Shown: positions 1 to 9,110, numbered from the stretch's first letter. The stretch is DNA of 64,000 nucleotides from Alphaproteobacteria bacterium (GCA_965214705.1 OZ243972.1:2144001-2208000), one strand, 5' to 3'. Numbers and translations are program-made. The notes: generated from the sequence alone by a model not told the origin.

Positions 1-2
1 TG

Positions 3-225
3 GTGGGCCAGCGGGTGTTCGGGATCGCGCTGGGCTACGAGGACTTGATCGACCACGACGCGCTGCGCCACGACCCCGTGCTGGGGGTGGTGCTGGGGCG
101 TCTGGAGGCCGGGCGTGCGGGCTGTGCGCCGCTTGCCGGCAAGTCGACGCTGAACCGGCTGGAGCACGCGCCTTCGGGCGCCCATCGCTATCGCCGGATC
201 GGTCATGAGCCTGAGGCGATCGAGA
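3..225 (+). pseudogene. IS1380 transposase, 5' part (truncated by window and by IS1595 insertion)
   Basis: QRVFGIALGYEDLIDHDALRHDP...LAGKSTLNRLE motif typical of IS1380 (DDE_Tnp_1_4). Confidence 0.9.
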
Positions 226-284
226 GGGGTTTAGTCCCGAAAGTAACCGTTGTCCCGCATTCGACCCGGTCGACTAAGTAGGAT

Positions 285-524
285 TCATGACGAAACCGAC
301 TCAAGCTGCCGAACCTTGTCCCGCATCCAGTTCAGAAACAGGGAACGACTCACCCAATAGTGGCGAGACTCCTCATTCGGGTTCTGGATCTCTAGAAGTA
401 ATGTATTTGGGGGAAATTCCGGCAGAAGAAGGTCTATCTTCTGTGGAGTTGTTGTATAAGCACTATGGGATTCGAGCCAAGATTTTGTAACAGGCTCGAT
501 TTTATTTTCCGGTTCGATGGCCAT
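285..524 (-). CDS. hypothetical passenger protein (79 aa, lower GC)
   Basis: ORF with GAGGAG RBS 6 nt before ATG; no recognisable motif. Confidence 0.55.
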   Translation of the reverse strand: MAIEPENKIEPVTKSWLESHSAYTTTPQKIDLLLPEFPPNTLLLEIQNPNEESRHYWVSRSLFLNWMRDKVRQLESVSS

Positions 525-545
525 TACAGTCTCCTCACAAGTCGG

Positions 546-656
546 TCACCCCGAGGCTACCACGACGACGGCTCCGGCCAGCAGCATCGCGGCTAGGATC
601 CCCACCACGGGGTAGACGACCCAGTGCCACCAACGGGAGCGGGGCAGGAGGTTCAT
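546..656 (-). CDS. small single-TM passenger protein (36 aa)
   Basis: MNLLPRSRWWHWVVYPVVGILAAMLLAGAVVVVASG; start overlaps the upstream stop (ATGA coupling). Confidence 0.5.
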   Translation of the reverse strand: MNLLPRSRWWHWVVYPVVGILAAMLLAGAVVVVASG

Positions 657-985
657 ATGCCCTCCTCGTGCTCCCGGGCCAACTCCCGGTACCGATCCGA
701 CAGCCCCCGGTACCGGGCGGAGAGGTCGGTGTAGGGCTGCGCCGTCCGGGCCACGGGCACCCGCTCCCCGTCGGAGAACTCGGTGTCCTCGACCCCGTCC
801 AACGAATCGATCAACAGGCACATCGCCCGCGCGATCCAGACGTGCGCCGCCTGCCACGGGGGCAGCGCGTCCCCGCCATCATCCCCGTTACCGGCCGCCC
901 GCGTGACCTCGTCCAACGTGCGGTCCGCCCGCGCCAAGTCGTGCAACGCCGCCTCGATCCCCAACCGCATCCTCTCGTCGCTCAT
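653..985 (-). CDS. hypothetical passenger protein (110 aa)
   Basis: ATG at 985 preceded by GGAGG; coupled to the next ORF by ATGA. Confidence 0.55.
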   Translation of the reverse strand: MSDERMRLGIEAALHDLARADRTLDEVTRAAGNGDDGGDALPPWQAAHVWIARAMCLLIDSLDGVEDTEFSDGERVPVARTAQPYTDLSARYRGLSDRYRELAREHEEGI

Positions 986-1027
986 CCCGCGTCCTCCCCC
1001 GTGGTCCCGGCGCTGGTGCCGGGCCGT

Positions 1028-1154
1028 TGAAGACAACGCACACGGGTGTGGCTGACCCCGCCTATTCACCGGGTGGTGGGAGCTACCCTCCACCGGGTCT
1101 CAGGCTTATTCAGCGGGCGACCCGGCAGAGCGGGTGCCCGTGTGGTTGTCTTCA
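1028..1154 (-). ncRNA. candidate structured RNA or leader inside IS1595
   Basis: 18-bp closing stem with one bulge (1028-1046 / 1137-1154), internal hairpin 1069-1096, starts just after a sigma70-like promoter. Confidence 0.5.
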
Positions 1155-1161
1155 GGGACGG

Positions 1162-1190
1162 AGGCTAGATAGGGGAGGATGAGGCGTCAA
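1162..1190 (-). promoter_or_regulatory. sigma70-like promoter TTGACG-N17-TAGCCT overlapping the IS1595 tnp stop codon
   Basis: -35 at 1190-1185, -10 at 1167-1162, 17-nt spacer. Confidence 0.55.
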
Positions 1191-2164
1191 GCCGCGTCGT
1201 CGGGACGGACGAGGTCCTCCCACCGCAGCCGCTTGCCTGCCATGTTGGCGGCCAGGTCCCCCATCATGGCCAGGGTGTCGGCCTCGCGCCCGTTGTGGCG
1301 CTGGGCGAACTCGGTCACGTACCGGTCGCAGTGCTTCTCGCTGAAGTGGTGGAAGGTGCCTTGGTAGCCGCGCTTGAGGATCGCCCAGAACGACTCGATG
1401 CCGTTGGTGTGGGCCATGTGCCGCACGTACTCGCCGGCGGAGTGGTTGACCGCCTCGTGGTCCTCCCGGAGCCCTCGGTACGCGCGCCACTCGTCCGTGT
1501 ACAGGGTCGCGTCCGGGGTGGCCACGTCGTCGACGAAGCCCCTCAGCGTCAGGCGAGTGGCGTCGGGGATGGTGCGGGCGCGCACCTTACCGGTCTCCCG
1601 GTCCCTGGCGCCCACGACGGTCGTCATGGCCTCGGACCCGCCACCCCCGAACCGTTCCCGCATCTCCCGCCGCTTGGCCGCGTGCATGTTCTTGCGCTTG
1701 CCGCCTATGTGGGTCTCGTCCACCTCGAGGGTGCCGAACGCTTGAGTCTCACGCTCGCCCCATGCCTTCCGGATTCGATGGCACATGTGCCACGCGTGCC
1801 GTTGGGTGATGCCCAGGTCCCGATGGACCTTCATCGAGGCTATCCCCTTGAGACTCGTGGTGAAAAGGTAGATCGCAATTGCCCATTTCTGGTATCCGAG
1901 CTTGCTCGAGTGCATCACGGTCCCGGTCCTCAGCGAGAAGAGAGGGCGACCGGGACAGTCCCGACACCGGTGCGTCTGATTCCGATGCCCCGCCACCTCG
2001 GTGACGTTGAACGAGCCGCATCGAGGGCAGTACGGTCCGTCCGGCCAAAGCCGAGACTTGAACCACCGTTGTGCCGCCTCATCGTCCGGGAACATCGCGA
2101 TGATCTGTACGAGGGTGATGCCCTCGCGGTAGCCCCTACCGGGACCCTTCCGCTGTTTCGACAT
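1187..2164 (-). CDS. IS1595-family transposase
   Basis: Zn ribbon CPRCGS...CRDC; EVDETHIGG, YTDEW, HTNGIESFW motifs. Confidence 0.95.
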   Translation of the reverse strand: MSKQRKGPGRGYREGITLVQIIAMFPDDEAAQRWFKSRLWPDGPYCPRCGSFNVTEVAGHRNQTHRCRDCPGRPLFSLRTGTVMHSSKLGYQKWAIAIYLFTTSLKGIASMKVHRDLGITQRHAWHMCHRIRKAWGERETQAFGTLEVDETHIGGKRKNMHAAKRREMRERFGGGGSEAMTTVVGARDRETGKVRARTIPDATRLTLRGFVDDVATPDATLYTDEWRAYRGLREDHEAVNHSAGEYVRHMAHTNGIESFWAILKRGYQGTFHHFSEKHCDRYVTEFAQRHNGREADTLAMMGDLAANMAGKRLRWEDLVRPDDAA

Positions 2165-2195
2165 GGTGCCAGATCCCCATCTGCATCATACGAAG

Positions 2196-2271
2196 ATACT
2201 ACTACAAAAAGTGTTCCGAGTCAACTCCTTAGTCGATTCCGGGTTGACTCGGACTCGTGGGGATGCATGAT
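2196..2271. promoter_or_regulatory. back-to-back promoters built on an 11-bp inverted repeat
   Basis: tccgagtcaac (2215-2225) / gttgactcgga (2243-2253). Minus strand TTGACT-N17-TAGTAT toward tnp; plus strand TTGACT-N16-CATGAT toward the non-coding arm. Confidence 0.55.
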
Positions 2272-2637
2272 GGGGGTAACGGTGGTGCTCGAATCCAAAC
2301 GGATCCGAAGAGCGGGCGGACGAAGCGTCTCGACATGGGCGCATGATCCCCATCATGGTCCGGCCGTGCCGTGCTTAGGACACGGCACCACCGTCCAGCC
2401 CCGCGTTATGCGGCGGGCAGGATTCCAATGACGAGGATCGAGAACTGGAAACGCGGCCGGTCGGCCGCGCCCAACGTCGATTGCGGCGGAGTCTCTCACG
2501 CCGAGTCGTCAGCGTCAACACTTTTCGGGGATCGGCGTCCGGGCCGCCAGATATGGTGGTCGACCGGGATGGAAACGCTAAATGCGGATCGCGCCTCGAT
2601 GATTGCGGTTACTTACGGGACTAAACCCCGATCGAGA

Positions 2638-3572
2638 CGCTCTTCGTCGATCTCTTCCTCGACGCCCACGGGGAGGCCCCTGAGCGGTTGATCCTCGACC
2701 TCGACGCCACCGACGACCCGCTGCACGGCCATCAGGAAGGCCGCTTCTTCCACGGCTACTACGACTGCTACTGCTACCTGCCGCTCTACGTCTTCTGCGG
2801 CGATCACCTGCTGGCCGCCAAGCTGAGGCGGGCCGACATCGACGCCAGCGCCGGCGCGGCCGAAGAGGTGGCGCGCATCGTCGCGCGCATCCGCGCCCGC
2901 TGGCCGGCAGTGGAGATCGTGCTGCGCGCAGACTCTGGCTTCGCCCGCGAGGGACTGATGGCCTGGTGCGAGGCGAACGGGGTGGACTATGTCTTCGGGC
3001 TCGCCCGGAACCCGCGGCTCACGGACCGCCTGCAACCGGCCCTGGACCTGGCCGAAGCCCGCTCGCGGGAGAGCGGCCAGCCGGCGCGGCTGTTCACCGA
3101 GTTCCGCTACCGCACGTGCAAGACTTGGTCGCGCCCGCGCCGTGTCGTCGGCAAGGCGGAGTGGATGCCGGGCCGCGCCAACCCCCGCTTCGTCGTCACC
3201 TCGCTGAGCGCGGCCGCCATCGACCGGCGGGAACTCTACGAGACCCTCTACTGCGCCCGCGGCGACATGGAGAACCGCATCAAGGAGTGCCAACTCGACC
3301 TCTTCTCAGACCGCACCTCGGCACAGACCATGCGCGCCAACCAGCTCCGCCTCTGGTTCGCCGCCATGGCCTACGTGCTGCTCGCAGCGCTCAGGCGCAT
3401 CGCGCTCGCCGGAACTCGCCTTGCCCGCGCTACCTGCGGCTCGATCCGCCTCAAGCTGCTGAAGATCGGCGCCCAGGTCCGCCTGAGTACCCGCCGCATC
3501 CGCATCGCCATGGCCTCAGGCGCACCCCACGCGCCCGAGTTCGCACGCGCTCACGCCCGATTATGCACCTGA
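2638..3572 (+). pseudogene. IS1380 transposase, 3' part
   Basis: ILDLDATDDPLHGHQEGRFFHGYY, RADSGF, YCARGDMENRIKE. Removing 226-2637 restores the frame EAIE-TLFVDLFL. Confidence 0.92.
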
Positions 3573-3830
3573 GCCGAGCCTCAGGCCCGCTGCCACCCTC
3601 CCGCCAACAACCAAAAACCCGCTCCAGCCTCAACCGCGCCCCCGGCGCCACCGCCACTCCTGCGTCATTACCCGGACCACACCGCAAGGCTACCAACCAA
3701 ACCCACGACAAACGCCAAACAACCCAACAATGGACGCTCGTGAGAAATCCGGGCTAGCGGTCTGCCCCTCAACCCCTGCGGCTACGTTCGACTCGAACAG
3801 CCCGGCGTCAAGCGAATCCGATCCTCTCAT

Positions 3831-5990
3831 CCCAAGTTGGCACTTTTTCCGACCAGCCGAGCCTGTTCGAGCCAGTTTTGCGGCGCTGAACCACTAGATG
3901 TTGGGGTTGGAGGACACCTGAGACCCACATTTGCCATTCGTGGTCCTGGAAGCCAATTGTGGGGCCAGGACTTTGGAGTTGAGTCGATATCCCTCTTGCC
4001 AGATGCCGCGAACGCCGTGTATGCGAAACAGGCATCGCAGAAACGGCGCCGCCATGTACATCAAGGCAACCAGGACACACACCGACAAGGCCGGCCAGCC
4101 GGTCCGAAGCCATCGCCTCGTGCTCGCCCAGCGCGTCGGCGACAAGGTGCGCCACAGGACGCTGCTCAATCTCGGCACCGACTATCCGGTGCCGCGCGAG
4201 AAGTGGAAGGCCGTCACCGAACTCGCCGAGGCGCTGCTTCACGGCAAGCCGCCGCTGTTCGAGGGCGAGGCGGATGTGCGGGCCGCAGCCGAGGACATCG
4301 TCGCCAAGCTCAGGGCCAGGGGGTTCCGCGTCGAGGCGATGCAGGAAGAGGCGCGCAAGCCCGACATCGCCACCGTCGACCTCGATACCCTGGAGCACGA
4401 GAACCCGCGCACGGTCGGCTGCGAGCGCCTGTGCCTCAAGGCCCTCGACGCCCTCGGCTTCGCCGAAATCCTCCACGGCCTCGACATCAAGGGCCGCGAC
4501 GGGCGCATCGCCAGCGCGCTGATCGTCGCCAGGATGGTCCATCCCGCCAGCGAGCGTGATACCAGCCGCTGGCTCCGCCACGACAGCGCGGCCGCCGAGC
4601 TCCTGGGCCTGGAGGGCGACCGCAAGGCGCTGCGGCGCAAGACGCTCTACCGCATCGGCGACCTGCTCTGGCGCCACCGCGCCGCCATCCAGCGGGAGCT
4701 GTTCAACCGTGAGCGCGCACTGCTCGACCTGCCCGAGACGATCGCCTTCTACGATCTCACCAACGTCCACTACCACGGCCACACGGGCGGCGAGCTTCCC
4801 AGGTTCGGGCGCTCCAAGCAGAAGCGCGACGACTGTCCCCTCATCACGCTGGCGCTGGCGCTCGACGGCGCGGGCTTCCCGCGCAGTTGCGAGATCCTGC
4901 CGGGCAACGTGAGCGAGCCGGGCACGCTGCACGAGGCGCTGGCGCGGCTCGAGGCGGTGTGCGGCGGCACGGCGCCGAAGCCCACGGTGGTCATGGACGC
5001 GGGCATCGCCACCGAGAAAAACATCGCGTGGCTGGGCGAGCAGGGCTACGACTGGATCGCGGTCAGCCGCGGTGCCAGGCCTGCGCCGCCCGAGGGCGGA
5101 CCCGAGGCCCTGCTGATCACCAGCGCGCGCCACGAGGTGCGGGCCTGGCGGCTTGCCAGCGAGGACGGCGAGGCGCGGCTCTACGTCGTCAGCGAGGGCA
5201 AGAAGAAGGCCGAGAACGCGATCATCGGCCTGAGGCGGAACCGCTTCGAGGCGGCGCTGGAAAGGCTCCACGGCGGCCTTGCGGTCAAGGGCCGCCTCAA
5301 GCGCTACGACAAGGTGCTGGAGAGCATAGGCCGCCTCAAGCAGCGCTTCTCCGCCGTCGCCAGGCACTACGAGATCACGGTCGAGAGGGCGAAAACCGGC
5401 CCCAATGCCACCGCCGTGCGCTTCAAGCGCAGGCCGCGATACGACGAGGCCGATGAGGGCGCCGGTGCCTATGTGCTGCGCACCAGCCACGTCGACTGGG
5501 ACATCGAGACGGTCCTGCGGACGTACTGGCGGATCACGGATATCGAGGCGACATTCCGGAGCCTGAAATCCGAGCTCGGCCTTCGCCCGATCTGGCACCA
5601 GCTCGACCGGCGCATCGCGGCCCACCTGCTGATCGCCGTGCTGGCCTACCACGCCGTGCATCTGATCCGTACCCGGCTGGCCGCGCGCGGCATCCACAAG
5701 TGCTGGGCGTCGATCCGCGAGAGCATGCGGACCTGGGTGCGGATCACCACGCGCCTGCGCCAGACCGACGGCACCTTGATCGTCAACCGCCAGGACACGC
5801 GCCCGGCCGCCGAGGTTGCCGCAATCTCCTCGGCGGCGGGCGTGGACCCCGCCATCCACCGCACGAGGACCCGTCTGATGAGCTGACAGAATCTCACAAA
5901 ATGTGGGGCCATGTTGGAATCGACCGAGAAAAATATCGCGTTGAATCAAACCAATAGGGAACACAGGCAGCGGAAAAGTGCCAACTTGGG
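3831..5990 (+). mobile_element. IS1634-family element (2160 bp)
   Basis: 17-bp perfect TIR cccaagttggcactttt (3831-3847 / 5974-5990); flanking duplicate tcat (3827-3830, 5991-5994). Confidence 0.9.
4054..5886 (+). CDS. IS1634-family transposase
   Basis: MYIK...HRLV...RVGDKVRHRTLLNLG, FYDLTN, GRSKQKRDD, VVMDAG, IEATFRSLKSELGLRPIWH. Confidence 0.9.
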   Translation: MYIKATRTHTDKAGQPVRSHRLVLAQRVGDKVRHRTLLNLGTDYPVPREKWKAVTELAEALLHGKPPLFEGEADVRAAAEDIVAKLRARGFRVEAMQEEARKPDIATVDLDTLEHENPRTVGCERLCLKALDALGFAEILHGLDIKGRDGRIASALIVARMVHPASERDTSRWLRHDSAAAELLGLEGDRKALRRKTLYRIGDLLWRHRAAIQRELFNRERALLDLPETIAFYDLTNVHYHGHTGGELPRFGRSKQKRDDCPLITLALALDGAGFPRSCEILPGNVSEPGTLHEALARLEAVCGGTAPKPTVVMDAGIATEKNIAWLGEQGYDWIAVSRGARPAPPEGGPEALLITSARHEVRAWRLASEDGEARLYVVSEGKKKAENAIIGLRRNRFEAALERLHGGLAVKGRLKRYDKVLESIGRLKQRFSAVARHYEITVERAKTGPNATAVRFKRRPRYDEADEGAGAYVLRTSHVDWDIETVLRTYWRITDIEATFRSLKSELGLRPIWHQLDRRIAAHLLIAVLAYHAVHLIRTRLAARGIHKCWASIRESMRTWVRITTRLRQTDGTLIVNRQDTRPAAEVAAISSAAGVDPAIHRTRTRLMS

Positions 5991-6326
5991 TCATGATCGT
6001 CAGATTGCCATGCGATACGCCGATCACGCCAGTGCCCATCTGCGCGACGTGACGCCGAGCGAATGCCGTGCGGCATTCGATCGGCCACAGGCTCCTGTGC
6101 CAACCGCCATTTCCGGCAGGCCCAGCCCGACTTACTCCCTCCAGGTCGTCGTCCGGCCATTGGGAGACTCAAGTCTCCGTCGCCGTCCCTAGGACGCTGA
6201 GTTCGGGAACCAGAGCAAAGAGCCAGCAAGGGACAATTCAGTCGTTGCGCGGGGAACTCGGTCGGCCGCGAACAGACTTGGAAGCCACCACCACTGCGGC
6301 GCAGCGGCTCAGTCGCTGAAGTAACT

Positions 6327-6545
6327 GGGGGTAGAGTCTTCGACTGGGGTTGAGTCTTCGACGGTTGAAGCGTGAAGTGGTAGCGGGTAGGGCAGACGAG
6401 GCCGTCCCTTCAGTGGCGTGCGAGGGCACCCGTTTGGAAGCTTGGCCCGAACCGTGATCGGCTTCTGTCACTGATGGCGCGGGTTCGCCCGTGACCTCGT
6501 TCAAGAGATTGAGACTTCGCCGCGGTTCCTCCCCACCCGCAACGT
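6327..6545 (+). ncRNA. candidate IS110 bridge/seek RNA
   Basis: Nested stems 6383-6392/6531-6540, 6396-6401/6495-6500 and tcagtggc/gtcactga, in the non-coding end upstream of the recombinase. Confidence 0.6.
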
Positions 6546-6569
6546 CAACGGAGTTTGGGAGGGCTCTCG

Positions 6570-7994
6570 ATGGCGCGCAAGCGGAGAAGGAGGCAGCGCC
6601 TCAAGGTAGTGCACCCGAATTGCGCCGGGATCGACATCGGCAAGGACCGGCACTTCGTGGCGGTGGATCCGGAGCGAGCCGAGGAACCGGTGAGGGAGTT
6701 CGGCGCGTTCACGCGCGACCTGGATGCGATGGCCGAGTGGCTGAAGTCGTGCGGTGTGACGAAGGTGGCGATGGAGTCGACCTCGGTCTACTGGATCCCG
6801 GTTTACGAGGTCCTGGATCGAGCCGGCTTCGAGGTGATGCTTGTGCCGCCCCGGATGACGAAGCAGATCGGCGGGCGCAAGAGCGATGTGCTGGACTGCC
6901 AGTGGATCTGGCAGCTGATGTCCTACGGCCTTCTGCGCGGCGCCTTCCGGCCGGGCGACGCGATCTGCCCGTTGCGCTCCTTCATGCGCCAGGCGAAGCA
7001 GTTGATCGAGGACCGCTCTCGCTGCGTGCTGCATATGCAGAAGGCGCTGACCCAGATGAACGTGCGTCTGGACTCGGTGATCAGCGATATCATGGGGAAG
7101 ACGGGTGAGCGCATCCTGCGGGCGATCATCGCCGGCGAGCGCGACCCCGGGCGGCTGGCGTCGCTTCGCGACAGGCGGATCAAGGCCAGCGCCGACACGA
7201 TTGCCGCGAGCCTGGAGGGCACTTGGCGCGAGGAGCACCTGTTCGCGCTTGAGCAGGCGATGCAGCGCTACGACTTTCTGGAGCAGCAGATCGCGGACTG
7301 CGAGGCGCGGATCATGGCGGAGGTTGAGCACCTGACCCCGCCGGACGATCCGACGGATGAGGGTACGCCCGAGGACACTCCCAGTGTCGGATCATCGGGC
7401 ACGGCGTCGAACGAGACCCCAAGCAGCAGCGGCAGGGCGCTCCGCGGGCAGGATAAGGCCATGGCTATGGCGCTGCATAAGATGATGGGGGTCGATCTCA
7501 CCGCAATCCCCACCGTCGGCGTCAACACTGCCCTGGTGATCGCCGCCGAGATCGGTCCTGACTTCTCCGCCTTTCCCTCCGCACAGCACTTCAGTTCCTG
7601 GCTGGGGCTGGCGCCTGGGACCAGGATCAGCGGCGGCAAACCGTTGCCGGGCCGGGGGCCCAAGGTGGTCAACCGCGTTGGCCAGGCACTGCGCATGGCG
7701 GCCATGACCGCTCGCACCAGCCAAACCTTCATCGGCGCCAAGCACCGCAGCCGCCTCGCCCGGATGGACACCAGCGTAGCCGTTGTCGCCACCGCCCGAG
7801 AACTCGCCTGCCTGATCTACCTGATGGTGACCCGCGGCCAGCAATATGCCGAGAAGGGGATGGAGGTCTACGAGAGCCGACGCCTGGACCGAAAGTTCTC
7901 TTCGCTCCGTCGACAGGCCAAGAAGCTCGGCTTCCAACTGGTCGAGATCGACGACGACAACAAAAACACAAATGCCTCTATGTCAACGGCTTAG
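6570..7994 (+). CDS. IS110-family DEDD recombinase/transposase
   Basis: AGIDIGK, VAMESTSVYW, RKSDVLDC (DEDD); IPTVG...AEIGPDFSAF...SWLGLAPGTRISGG. Confidence 0.95.
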   Translation: MARKRRRRQRLKVVHPNCAGIDIGKDRHFVAVDPERAEEPVREFGAFTRDLDAMAEWLKSCGVTKVAMESTSVYWIPVYEVLDRAGFEVMLVPPRMTKQIGGRKSDVLDCQWIWQLMSYGLLRGAFRPGDAICPLRSFMRQAKQLIEDRSRCVLHMQKALTQMNVRLDSVISDIMGKTGERILRAIIAGERDPGRLASLRDRRIKASADTIAASLEGTWREEHLFALEQAMQRYDFLEQQIADCEARIMAEVEHLTPPDDPTDEGTPEDTPSVGSSGTASNETPSSSGRALRGQDKAMAMALHKMMGVDLTAIPTVGVNTALVIAAEIGPDFSAFPSAQHFSSWLGLAPGTRISGGKPLPGRGPKVVNRVGQALRMAAMTARTSQTFIGAKHRSRLARMDTSVAVVATARELACLIYLMVTRGQQYAEKGMEVYESRRLDRKFSSLRRQAKKLGFQLVEIDDDNKNTNASMSTA

Positions 7995-8431
7995 AGAGAA
8001 GTTACTCAAGAGGGGCGGAGAACCGCGCCTCGCCGTTGCTTGCAGCAGCCAAGATGCCGCCGTGAAGCGCTGGCGGCTTATCGACAACTTCACGGCTTGT
8101 TGGAACGCTTACCACCCCGTGCGCGGCACGAGCGAATCCTCACAGCGGTTGAAACGACGAGAGTACGTTTCACATCGAATTGAAGTGGTGCCTATTTGGT
8201 ATCTGGAGACTGAGACCGAAGCCGCATGAGGAAAGAAGCTGATCCATAATGTGCTGCCAAATAACAATTATTTCAATCGTACTACAGTGCTTGGAACGGT
8301 GATACGCTTTGCGCCGGTAACCATGGTGCGGTGCACGGGGCGGGCGGGGGGAGGCAGGCTGCGGGGATGCAGTGCACAGACCATCACCTTGTCGAAACAT
8401 CCGGGCTGGCACCGCCCCGGAGGCGCGGCTA

Positions 8432-9031
8432 ATGGCCGGTCGTTCCTCCATCGAGCGCTTGCCGCGGCCGATTCAGGCGCTGGTGCACGAGGCGATCGCC
8501 GAGGGCGCCACCATCGACGAGATCGTCCGGCTCATCCGCGCGCACGGCGGCACCTGCTCGCGTTCGGCCGTCGTCCGCTTCGCCAAGAGGGTGCGCGAGA
8601 GGCTGCGGCGCTGGAGCGAGGACAAGGGGCTCACCGATTTCTGGCTCAAGTCGCAAGGCGAGCGGCCCGAGGGCGGAACCGGGCGGCTCGCGCTCGAGAC
8701 GCTCCGGTCTCTCGCCCTGCGCGCTGCCATCGCCCTCGACCGCGAAGAGGAACCGCCAACCGCCGACCAGATTGCCCCGCTCGCGCTCGTCATGCACCGC
8801 ATCGAAGGCGCCGGCAAGAGCGATGCGGCGCGCGAGAGCGCCGTTGCTCGCATGGACGGCGGGCGAAACAAGACGCCGAAGGGCGGCGGCGGGCTGTCGC
8901 CCGAGGCCGTCGCCATCATCCGCGCCGAGGTCGAGGGCGACTGGCGCGAATGGACCCCGGAGACACACGACGAAGGCGCGCACCGGCTCGATATCGACAG
9001 CCATCCGATGCGCCGCTCCGGTCCGTCATGA
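8432..9031 (+). CDS. DUF3486 / Mu gp27-like protein
   Basis: MAGRSSIERLP...ATIDEI...SRSAVVRFAKR and C-terminal GLSPEAVAIIRAEV; GGAGG RBS. Confidence 0.75.
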   Translation: MAGRSSIERLPRPIQALVHEAIAEGATIDEIVRLIRAHGGTCSRSAVVRFAKRVRERLRRWSEDKGLTDFWLKSQGERPEGGTGRLALETLRSLALRAAIALDREEEPPTADQIAPLALVMHRIEGAGKSDAARESAVARMDGGRNKTPKGGGGLSPEAVAIIRAEVEGDWREWTPETHDEGAHRLDIDSHPMRRSGPS

Positions 9032-9060
9032 GCCACCTTGGGCCGCTTGCCTGGACCACC

Positions 9061-9110
9061 TTGGGCCACCTTGGGCCGCTTTGGGCCGGAATGGGCCGGA
9101 ATAGGCCGCC
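9061..9110 (+). repeat. five tandem 10-mers (ttgggccacc, ttgggccgct, ttgggccgga, atgggccgga, ataggccgcc)
   Basis: Directly visible; conserved at 23334-23383 and 40179-40228. Confidence 0.9.

Larger units (their letters stand above)
226..2629 (-). mobile_element. IS1595-family element with passenger ORFs (2404 bp)
   Basis: TIRs ggggtttagtcccgaaagtaaccg (226-249) and the inverse at 2606-2629, 23/24 match; 8-bp TSD gatcgaga at 218-225 and 2630-2637. Confidence 0.95.
1..3753 (+). mobile_element. IS1380-family element (left end outside window), interrupted by IS1595 at 226-2629
   Basis: Transposase halves flank the insertion. The putative right end GTGAGAAATCCGGG (3740-3753), followed by CTAG, resembles IS1380-type ends; the partner TIR is not in the window. 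Confidence 0.8.
6311..8012 (+). mobile_element. IS110-family element
   Basis: Sub-terminal inverted repeats agtaact (6320-6326) / agttact (8000-8006); candidate AG core at 6311-6312 and 8011-8012; long left and short right non-coding ends. Confidence 0.75.

Noticed and set aside
1099-1106. agcctgag (minus strand) matching the left target flank 208-215 as a guide
   Set aside because: A single 8-mer match is readily expected by chance
2266-2357. tRNA gene
   Set aside because: Multi-stem, but lacks canonical T-loop placement, anticodon arm geometry and CCA
3808-6039. 743-aa minus-strand ORF
   Set aside because: Antisense to the IS1634 transposase
3755-6192. Open frame re-formed by removing IS1634 (SGLPLNPCGY...HDRQIAMRY...)
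   Set aside because: No recognisable motif or start; cannot be supported as a disrupted gene
8240-8300. AT-rich patch resembling an element end or IHF site
   Set aside because: No partner end or clear consensus match found
8432-9031. Mu-like prophage
   Set aside because: No large terminase, portal, capsid or MuA/MuB genes nearby
9031-9110. Repeat array as CRISPR
   Set aside because: 10-bp units without unique spacers; no cas genes
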